Positions 57,283 to 64,000 of a stretch of DNA of 64,000 nt are shown here, piece after piece. The notes beneath the pieces are model-generated. The model was not told the DNA's origin. It searched no databases and saw only the letters and a program-made list of their open reading frames with translations. A program made the position numbers and the translations under genes. Each line of letters begins with the position of its first letter. The stretch's first letter is position 1. The stretch lies in contig JACQDF010000049.1 of the NCBI GenBank assembly GCA_016201205.1, positions 4,401 through 68,400 of the forward strand, in the 5' to 3' direction. The stretch comes from Acidobacteriota bacterium (GTDB lineage: Bacteria > Acidobacteriota > Terriglobia > Bryobacterales > Bryobacteraceae).

Positions 57283-59223
57283 ATGCCATTCCCGTATATC
57301 TTCACCTTCTACAGCTACAAGGGCGGCGTCGGCCGGAGCATGGCGCTGCTGAATGTGGCCTACACGCTGGTGGGACGCGGCCGGCACGTGCTTGTGGTTG
57401 ACATGGACCTGGAGGCGCCGGGCCTCAGTAGGTTCCTCAGTCGAAGTAAGGAACTCGCGCCTCCTGCGGCGGCACACCCGAAAGATATCCTGACCTTGCT
57501 TCGGGAGGCGATGGCTGCACTCGGCGCCGGGGGCGAGGTCACCGAGAAGGCGAAGAACCTGCCGCCTGTATCCAACTACATCCGCGTGGTCGCCGAGGGA
57601 AAACTGACGGCCCTCCGGCCGCGAATGGGACAGTTAGGACACTTCGATGTCCTGGGCACTGATCTCACACCCGGTTACTATGGACGCCTGGCTGAACTTG
57701 GATTGGCGGTGCTGCCCCCACAGCAGTTGATTGATCTCAGTCGCATCCTTCACCACTATTTCAAGGGGCAGGAATTCTCTCACCGGCCACTTGGGCTGGA
57801 GGAATTCGAACCGTCCCTTCCGACGCACTACGACTATGTTCTGGTGGACAGCCGTACGGGGGTCACTGAGATCGGGGGGTTGTGCGTTGGGCCATTGGCG
57901 GACCGTTTGGTAGTCATCACCGCGCTGAATGACCAAAACGTGTACGGTACTTGCGATCTTCTGAAGGAAGCTGGCGTTGAGCCCGCGCCGCGACCCGTGG
58001 GTGCTGCCGCTTGGGATGAAGCGGACCTCCACGCGGGCGATCCTGAAAACCCGAGCCTTGGCCCGAAGCCGACGATCGTGGTGGCAAGTCCGGTCCCCGC
58101 TGGCGAGATCGGCTACAAGCGGGAGCGACTGGCAGAGTTGGAGAAAGTGCTCGGCATTCGCCCGGTTCCCCTCTCTTATCACCCGCAGATGGCGCTGATG
58201 GAGAGCGTATTTGTGCGCGATTACCGGGAAGAATACCTGGCCGCGGAGTACGAGAGACTGGCGACACGGATCATGGCGCAGGTCTGCGATGATCCGCAGC
58301 GCCTGGCTTTGAAGAGCGCTGTGTTGTGGAACGAGAAGAAGCAACCGGCCGCAGCCATCTCGTGCGTGTTGAGGCTGGCGCCGCACGAGCCGGCTCTAGG
58401 CGTTCCACTCTTACAAGGACTGGGGAACGTGAGTGCTGCTTCTGACTACGATTTCTGGGCGGTGAGGCAACTCTACGCTTTTCTGTCGCAGGACCGGGAG
58501 TCAAGGCCCATCGCGATGAACAACTGGGGCAATGCGCTGTCGGACCAGGCGAAGACGAAGTCGGGGGAGGAAGCCGGCCGCCTCTTTGAGGAGGCGGGCC
58601 GCAAGTATGCCGAAGCCATCCGGCTGAAGCCGGACAATCCCGAAGCGTTGAGCAACTGGGGCGCTGGGCTGTTGGGCCAAGCGAAGACGAAGTCGGGGGA
58701 GGAAGCCGGCCGGCTCTTTGAGGAGGCGGGCCGCAAGTGTGCCGAAGCCATCCGCCTGAAGCCGGACTATCCCGAAGCGTTGTACAACTGGGGCAATGCG
58801 CTCGTGGGCCAAGCCAGGACGAAGTCGAGGGAGGAAGCCGGCCGGCTCTTTGAGGAGGCGGGCCGCAAGTATGCCGAAGCCATCCGGCTGAAGCCGGACG
58901 ATCCCAAAGCGTTGAGCAACTGGGGCGGTGCGCTCTTGGACCAGGCGCAGACGAAGTCGGGCGAGGAACGCAACCAGTTGATGCAGGAAGCGCGGCAAAA
59001 GCTTATCGAAGCCGAACGCGTTCTCGCTGGCGCGGGGGCTTTCAACATGGCTTGCCTCGAAGCCTTAGCAGGGGATGCCAAGGAAGCGGTTCGCTGGCTG
59101 AGGGTATTGGATTCTTTCGGGGAGCGGATTTCGAAAGCGCGGCTCGCGGCGGAAAAGGACTTTGACGGCGTCCGCGGTCAGCCGGATTTCGCGGGCTTCG
59201 CAGCGTCGCTGCCAGAAGCGTGA
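57283..59223 (+). CDS. KGGVGR-variant ParA/MinD-class ATPase fused to C-terminal TPR repeats
   Basis: IFTFYSYKGGVGRSMALLNVAYTL, VLVVDMDLEAPGL and DYVLVDSRTGVTE. Four 44-aa TPR-like units follow (NWGNAL..QAKTKSGEEAGRLFEEAGRKYAEAIRLKPD.PEAL), with a capping helix region (..DFDGVRGQPDFAGF). Confidence 0.85.
   Translation: MPFPYIFTFYSYKGGVGRSMALLNVAYTLVGRGRHVLVVDMDLEAPGLSRFLSRSKELAPPAAAHPKDILTLLREAMAALGAGGEVTEKAKNLPPVSNYIRVVAEGKLTALRPRMGQLGHFDVLGTDLTPGYYGRLAELGLAVLPPQQLIDLSRILHHYFKGQEFSHRPLGLEEFEPSLPTHYDYVLVDSRTGVTEIGGLCVGPLADRLVVITALNDQNVYGTCDLLKEAGVEPAPRPVGAAAWDEADLHAGDPENPSLGPKPTIVVASPVPAGEIGYKRERLAELEKVLGIRPVPLSYHPQMALMESVFVRDYREEYLAAEYERLATRIMAQVCDDPQRLALKSAVLWNEKKQPAAAISCVLRLAPHEPALGVPLLQGLGNVSAASDYDFWAVRQLYAFLSQDRESRPIAMNNWGNALSDQAKTKSGEEAGRLFEEAGRKYAEAIRLKPDNPEALSNWGAGLLGQAKTKSGEEAGRLFEEAGRKCAEAIRLKPDYPEALYNWGNALVGQARTKSREEAGRLFEEAGRKYAEAIRLKPDDPKALSNWGGALLDQAQTKSGEERNQLMQEARQKLIEAERVLAGAGAFNMACLEALAGDAKEAVRWLRVLDSFGERISKARLAAEKDFDGVRGQPDFAGFAASLPEA
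58519..59046 (+). repeat. Tandem 132-bp coding repeats: three near-identical copies plus one diverged copy
   Basis: Units are 58519-58650, 58651-58782 and 58783-58914. These three are nearly identical at the nucleotide level by eye; a more diverged fourth unit starts at 58915. Confidence 0.85.
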
Positions 59224-59295
59224 TAGTTTGTTCCGATGGTGCGTGGTACAAAACGGAGCCGCGCGCGCCGGCAACTGGCATTTCTCGTCGTGCCG

Positions 59296-61383
59296 CTACG
59301 GCAACAGCACCACCGACGAACGCGGGAAAGCGAACCGCTTGCCCACCTCATCAATCAGCGTCAGTTGACATGTGTACGGCCCCGTCACGAGTTTCTCCAG
59401 CGGCACTTCAAACTGAACGGGGTAGACTCCCGGGCGCCTGGCCAGAGCAGCCGTCACTCGCACCGGACTGGACTCGAGGGCTTTGGTTCTCCCCCGATAG
59501 AAGCTCAATGTTGTGAACAGGCTTGCCTTCTGATCGCCCGGATCGGCCACCGCGTCGTAGACTTCCAGGTAGACATAGAGGCTCTGATTCCTGCGGAACA
59601 CCCGCGTGATGCTGGGAATCAGCTTCTGATCCTGGTCCACCAGCGGATTCGAGGCCAGCAGCCGCCGGTTGTTGGAAGCGGCGCCAACCGCCGCCTTCAA
59701 CGGCTCCCGCTGGGCGGCTAACACCACTGAGCTGATGCGCAGGCGGTTGACTGCCGCTTGCAGGTCCGGAACGTTGAATGACGTCTCGAACGTGCCGATC
59801 TTCCCGTTCTGATTCTCCCGGGCCAGGAACTTCAGCTTGTAGTCGCCGGGCGCCAGGGTAAAGCCGGTGTCGTACTGGAAGTTTTTCCGCTCCAACTGCC
59901 CGGCGTCGGCCGCCGACAGTTTCACGCGAATGCCGTCACGGACAGTGCCCGCCAGTCTGCCTTTTGCATCCCGCACCTGCCCGATGAAATCCAGTTCGGC
60001 GGTCTCATTGGCCCCCTTCTTGGTCAGGATAATCTCGCTGCCCGGGATTTTCACGGCGATGGGCACGAAGTATCTGTCTCTCGCCAGGCGGAAATAATTC
60101 ACTTCGAGTGCAATCGGAAGGTCGGTCACCGGGTCGCCCAGCGACAGCGCTTCCTGAAGCTGCTGCTCCTTATCCGAGCTGGTGAACTTGGCGAAATCCT
60201 TCGGGGCGAAATAGCCGCTGCGGTAGTCCAGTTTCGCCTGTAGTTGCCGGTTGAGCCTGACCTGAATGCGGCGGAAACGGCCATCGGCGGCGGGATTGGC
60301 GCTGTAGTAGCCAACGATGTAGTAGCTTCGGATATCGCCCTGCGCCTGCGCAATGCCCAGACTTAAGTCATTGCTGTCGAGGAATGCTTTCCCGCCGGTA
60401 TCGGCTGCCAGCGACACCAGCGTCTCCTGCTGGTCCTGAACCCTGGATGCCTGCTGGCGCTGCGATTGCCCGGAGAACAGTCCTGAGCCGCGCGGGGCCG
60501 CCTTGCTGGCATCACCACCGGGAACCATCGCCATCAAGCCGCGCGCATCGATCGGATAGAAGGAGATATTGGCGCGAACCGCCGCATTGACGGTCGAGCG
60601 AAGCTGTGACTGGTTTTCCATGCCCGTCTTGCCGGCGCCGCTCGAGAAATAAACAAGAGCCTTCTTCTCCGGCAGCGCCGCGAGCATCTTGGCGGCCGAC
60701 TCCAGCGCGCTCAGCTTGCGGTCGGTATTGAAGACGTTGAACTCGCTTTCGTCAGCTTGAAAGGCGGCGCCCGTGTCCTCGTCGTTCTCATCTCCGGTGG
60801 TCGCTTCAGCGGCGAGTTCGCTGGCTTCCCCGGTGCGAATCGAGTTCAACACCCCGGTCAGCCGCTCCCGATCGTCGGTGAAATCCTGTTCGACTTTCAG
60901 AGTGGTGGCGAAGGTCATGATGGCCACTATGTCGGCGGGCCTCATCTGCTGCTCGATGAACTTCTGGGCGGATCGCCCGGCGCGAATCTGATCCGCGGGC
61001 GGCATCGAGGAGAGGTCGAAGAACAGCACCATCAGCCGGCGGTCTTGATACTGGATTTTTCCGGGCGCCGCTGTCGTGATAGTCTGTGGACGAGCCTCCG
61101 CGGGACGGGCGGGGGCGGCCGGACGCGCGGCCGGCGGGCTGCCCGGCGCCGGCGCTTCCGGATCCAGCTTCTGAAACTCGAAAATCGAGATCTGTTGCGG
61201 CTTTCCGTCTTCGAGAATCGTGAAGTCCTCTCTGCCGAGCCCGGCCAGGTCCTTTCCGCCGCGGTCGCGGACGAAGACATCGACGATGACCAGCCTAGTA
61301 GTGGCGCGGAACACCACGTCAGATTGCTGAGCAACAGCAGCCAGCGAAACCACAACGGCGGCAAACACACGGCGGGAAAACAT
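59296..61383 (-). CDS. VWA domain protein of the acidobacterial VWFA-related type
   Basis: 695 aa with a signal peptide. VFRATTRLVIVDVFVRDRGGKDLAGLGREDFTILEDGKPQQI and a vWA core (MVLFFDLSSM). Confidence 0.85.
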   Translation of the reverse strand: MFSRRVFAAVVVSLAAVAQQSDVVFRATTRLVIVDVFVRDRGGKDLAGLGREDFTILEDGKPQQISIFEFQKLDPEAPAPGSPPAARPAAPARPAEARPQTITTAAPGKIQYQDRRLMVLFFDLSSMPPADQIRAGRSAQKFIEQQMRPADIVAIMTFATTLKVEQDFTDDRERLTGVLNSIRTGEASELAAEATTGDENDEDTGAAFQADESEFNVFNTDRKLSALESAAKMLAALPEKKALVYFSSGAGKTGMENQSQLRSTVNAAVRANISFYPIDARGLMAMVPGGDASKAAPRGSGLFSGQSQRQQASRVQDQQETLVSLAADTGGKAFLDSNDLSLGIAQAQGDIRSYYIVGYYSANPAADGRFRRIQVRLNRQLQAKLDYRSGYFAPKDFAKFTSSDKEQQLQEALSLGDPVTDLPIALEVNYFRLARDRYFVPIAVKIPGSEIILTKKGANETAELDFIGQVRDAKGRLAGTVRDGIRVKLSAADAGQLERKNFQYDTGFTLAPGDYKLKFLARENQNGKIGTFETSFNVPDLQAAVNRLRISSVVLAAQREPLKAAVGAASNNRRLLASNPLVDQDQKLIPSITRVFRRNQSLYVYLEVYDAVADPGDQKASLFTTLSFYRGRTKALESSPVRVTAALARRPGVYPVQFEVPLEKLVTGPYTCQLTLIDEVGKRFAFPRSSVVLLP

Positions 61384-61386
61384 GGG

Positions 61387-64000
61387 CTAAAACCTCAGAC
61401 GCAGCACGGCGCTGGCGCTGCGCATGGGAGCGGTGGCCGTGGGCAGGCCATAATTGATGGCATTCACCACCGTCCCCAGACTGGTAAAGCTCACATGGTT
61501 GGTCACGTTCTGGCTCTCCATGCGGAATTCAATGCTCCTCCGATCGGCAAGACGGAACGAGCGGCCGAAGGACAGATTCAAGCTGATGCGGCTGGGCCCG
61601 TCGATGATGTTGCGGCTCGAGTTCCCGAACGTGCCCGGCCGCGGAATGGCGAACGCCGCTGGATTGAAGAAGGCGGAGCCTGCGTAGAGCGGCGCCCCGG
61701 TGGCGTCGGCGCGGCCGCTTCCGGTCGAGCCGGTGCCGGCCGTGTCCGCCTGATTGCCCAGCACTCTGGCCGTCAGCGGCGTCCCCGACGTGGCCGTGAG
61801 GCCTCCGCTCAAAGTCCAGTCGCGGGTCAGGCGCGCGACTCGAGGAGAATTCGCCAGCAGCGTCCCGGTCTGCCGCACCGGAGAGCTCAGCACAAAGAAC
61901 ATGTTCAGCGTGTGCCGCTGGTCGAAGCTCGACCGCCCGCGCTCGGCTCGAAGATCCTTGTCGTTTTGCGCCACCGCCGCTGCCCCGCCGCCCAGCGTGG
62001 ATGCGTTGTCGATCGATTTTGAATACGTGTAGATGAAGTTGCCCGAGAGGCCGCGCGTAAACCGGCGAGTCAGCCGCGCCTGGCCCGCGTGGTAGATGGA
62101 ATTGCCGTCCGAAGTGTCCCAGGTGAACCCGACAGCGTTGCCGATCTGCCGCCGCTGCTCGGCCGTCAGCGGCGAACCGGCCGGCGCCCGATTGGGCAGC
62201 CGCTGCAAATCCAGACGCGTCCCTTTCGTTCCGAGGTATACCACCTCGGCGACCAGATGATGCGGCAGCCCCTGCTGAAGAGAGAAGTTCCAGGTCTGCG
62301 CGTATCCCACTCGATAGCGACGGTCCACCGCATAGGTGTTTGTGATGCTCTGCGAAGGGGTGGCGGCGAATCCGTTCTGAATCGTCAGCGGGCGGAGGAC
62401 GCTGGAGTTCAGCGTCGCGGTGTTTGCGAACGGCGGCTGCGCTGCCAGCCGGCCCGGGAACTGGTTGTAGATGCCGCCGTTCTGGAAAATGCCGTAACCG
62501 GCCCGCACCTGAAAGGACTTCTTCGGGAGCGGCCGCCACGCCGCGGCGGCACGCGGCGAAAAATTGTTCGGGTCCGGGTCCACCAGCCCGCTTGGGAACA
62601 CGCCCGTAAACGGCCCCGCCTGCCCTGGCGTCACTACGGCCACCGCATTCCATTGCGGCGAAATGTCGAGGTTGGCGAGATGGTTGTACTTCTCGTGGAA
62701 CGGCCGGAAGTACTCATAACGCACTCCGAGGTTCAGTGTCAGGTTGCTGCGAATGCGCCAGTCGTCTTGCGCGAACCAGTTCACGACACTGCCGCGGAAA
62801 TAGTTGCTGCTGCTTCCGAAGCGCACCGAGCTCGATTGAGGCAGGCCCAGCAGGAAGTCGGCAAAGTCGAAACCGGTGCCCGTCTGCGGCTGGCCCTGGC
62901 TGTTGAGCGCACTGGTGGCGAGACCGCTGAACTGGAATGTGCCCCTGGCGTTCTGGTCCGTCCGCGTGTTTTGCTGCATTCTCCGATATTCGCCGCCATA
63001 CGTGAGATTATGTGTTCCGCGGACCCACAGCAGGGACTCGGAAAGGCTCGCCGCCTGATCGCGACGCAATAGCGGGCTGGCATCCGATAACGAGCCGAAA
63101 TTGGTGAACATCAGATTGGGCGGGCCGTAATTGACCGGGTCGCTCGAAACTCCTTTGATGCCGAGTTGCCCGGCGACATCTGTCTTGAAGGCAAAGAAAG
63201 GCAGAATCTCGCTTCGATTGCGGCTGAAGCCGGTCCGCATCGTGTTGATGAGCCTCCGGCTGAAATTGTGTGTCCAGCCGAGGCCGATGCTGTTGCCAAG
63301 CCCGCTGGTCCCGTCGAGGAATCCGAAGAGCTGCGAGCTGTTGGAGTCGCGCCACTGGAAGTTGGCGTTCACATCGAACCGGTCTTTTCTGGAAATGCTG
63401 CGATTGACACGCACTCCGAGCTGCTGGCTGTTGTTGCCGACCGAGGTGAAGTATTGATAATTCTGCACCGACCCTGACTGGTTGGGGTACGGGAAAAAGT
63501 CCAGCAGCCCTCGAGCCGCCGGGTCGATTCGGGACGCCGGAATACGGTTCCCGGGAAATGGATTGCGGCCGGACGGATCGAAGATCTGCGCCGGGAACCC
63601 TGAGCCGGAGAAATCGCCGGAGCGTGCGGCGGAGTTGGGCAGCGTCGAGATGGCATGATACGGGTTGCGCCCCGCCGAGCCGGTGTAGTTCAGAAACAGG
63701 AACGTCTTTTCACTCTTGATCAGCTTCGGGATCTTCAGAGGCCCCCCAACGCTGGCGCCGAAGCGGTCTCGTGCATAGGAAGGCTTGTCCACGGTCTGCC
63801 CGTTCAGCGAGTACGGTCGCGCATCGAGAGCAGAGTTGCTGAAGGAAAAGAACAAGGACCCATGCATGCTTTGCTGCCCCCGGCCCGCACGATTGCCAAA
63901 GGAGCCTTCGGGGCGATATCTTCCGCCGGAACTGCGTCCGCCTGGGCCTCGCGCGCCAGGTTCTCCTGGACCCCCACGACCGGAAAAGCCGCCTGGACCG
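61387..64000 (-). CDS. TonB-dependent receptor-like outer-membrane protein. The N-terminus runs off the right window edge.
   Basis: The track ORF (61387..63867) continues open upstream: my translation of 63868-64000 gives a Gly/Arg-rich linker ..GRGGPGEPGARGPGGRSSGG... The beta-barrel C-terminus ends ..AVLRLRF. Confidence 0.85.
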   Translation of the reverse strand, partial: GPGGFSGRGGPGEPGARGPGGRSSGGRYRPEGSFGNRAGRGQQSMHGSLFFSFSNSALDARPYSLNGQTVDKPSYARDRFGASVGGPLKIPKLIKSEKTFLFLNYTGSAGRNPYHAISTLPNSAARSGDFSGSGFPAQIFDPSGRNPFPGNRIPASRIDPAARGLLDFFPYPNQSGSVQNYQYFTSVGNNSQQLGVRVNRSISRKDRFDVNANFQWRDSNSSQLFGFLDGTSGLGNSIGLGWTHNFSRRLINTMRTGFSRNRSEILPFFAFKTDVAGQLGIKGVSSDPVNYGPPNLMFTNFGSLSDASPLLRRDQAASLSESLLWVRGTHNLTYGGEYRRMQQNTRTDQNARGTFQFSGLATSALNSQGQPQTGTGFDFADFLLGLPQSSSVRFGSSSNYFRGSVVNWFAQDDWRIRSNLTLNLGVRYEYFRPFHEKYNHLANLDISPQWNAVAVVTPGQAGPFTGVFPSGLVDPDPNNFSPRAAAAWRPLPKKSFQVRAGYGIFQNGGIYNQFPGRLAAQPPFANTATLNSSVLRPLTIQNGFAATPSQSITNTYAVDRRYRVGYAQTWNFSLQQGLPHHLVAEVVYLGTKGTRLDLQRLPNRAPAGSPLTAEQRRQIGNAVGFTWDTSDGNSIYHAGQARLTRRFTRGLSGNFIYTYSKSIDNASTLGGGAAAVAQNDKDLRAERGRSSFDQRHTLNMFFVLSSPVRQTGTLLANSPRVARLTRDWTLSGGLTATSGTPLTARVLGNQADTAGTGSTGSGRADATGAPLYAGSAFFNPAAFAIPRPGTFGNSSRNIIDGPSRISLNLSFGRSFRLADRRSIEFRMESQNVTNHVSFTSLGTVVNAINYGLPTATAPMRSASAVLRLRF

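Noticed and set aside
58473-59081. A periodic repeat array that could be mistaken for a CRISPR or for repeated minus-strand ORFs (58501-58998, 58473-58751, 58767-59081)
   Set aside because: The 132-bp units are contiguous with no unique spacers. They are in frame with the plus-strand TPR protein and encode canonical TPR-like helices. The minus-strand ORFs are mirror artefacts.
1-64000. tRNA, rRNA, riboswitch and CRISPR scan by eye of all intergenic regions
   Set aside because: No intergenic region is long enough or shows cloverleaf-like or repeat-spacer structure. This is a visual scan only; tRNAscan-SE, Infernal and a CRISPR finder should confirm it.

Overview
This is a high-GC chromosomal segment; single 60-nt lines that I counted in backbone genes gave 38-48 G+C. 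The gene content points to an Acidobacteriota genome of the Solibacter/Bryobacter type, which is an inference. That content includes CarboxypepD_reg-type TonB-dependent receptors, an acidobacterial VWFA-type protein, PSCyt/DUF1549/DUF1553 plus DUF1501 pairs and a PEP-CTERM protein.

I support about 48 protein-coding genes plus 3 gene remnants. I recognised no rRNA, tRNA, CRISPR array, transposase or integrase. The backbone is housekeeping: uppP-ftsK, pyk-guaB, lhr, recO-glyQ-glyS-ppdK, a waaF/waaC LPS-core cluster and a MacAB-type efflux operon. The many long Arg/Ala/Gly-rich ORFs in the supplied track are antisense shadow ORFs. Two real genes that run off the window edges are missing from the track (1-1857 minus strand, 61387-64000 minus strand).

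Two compositionally atypical (lower-GC) three-gene operons stand out:
- **Main candidate, 31.1-34.3 kb.** This is a tightly coupled cassette encoding a HEPN-like protein, a ParA/MinD-class ATPase with the variant Walker A 'KGGVGR', and a 493-aa P-loop NTPase of unclear family. It replaces the middle of a PQQ-dependent dehydrogenase gene, whose N- and C-terminal remnants flank it. A 10-bp inverted repeat brackets it.
- **Second locus, 55.8-59.2 kb.** It encodes two unknown proteins, one with a weak ART-like motif order, plus a second KGGVGR ATPase fused to near-identical 132-bp TPR repeats. It lies close to a truncated acylase gene.

I interpret both as candidate NTPase-driven conflict or defence modules. 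This is inference, and no search tool could be run.
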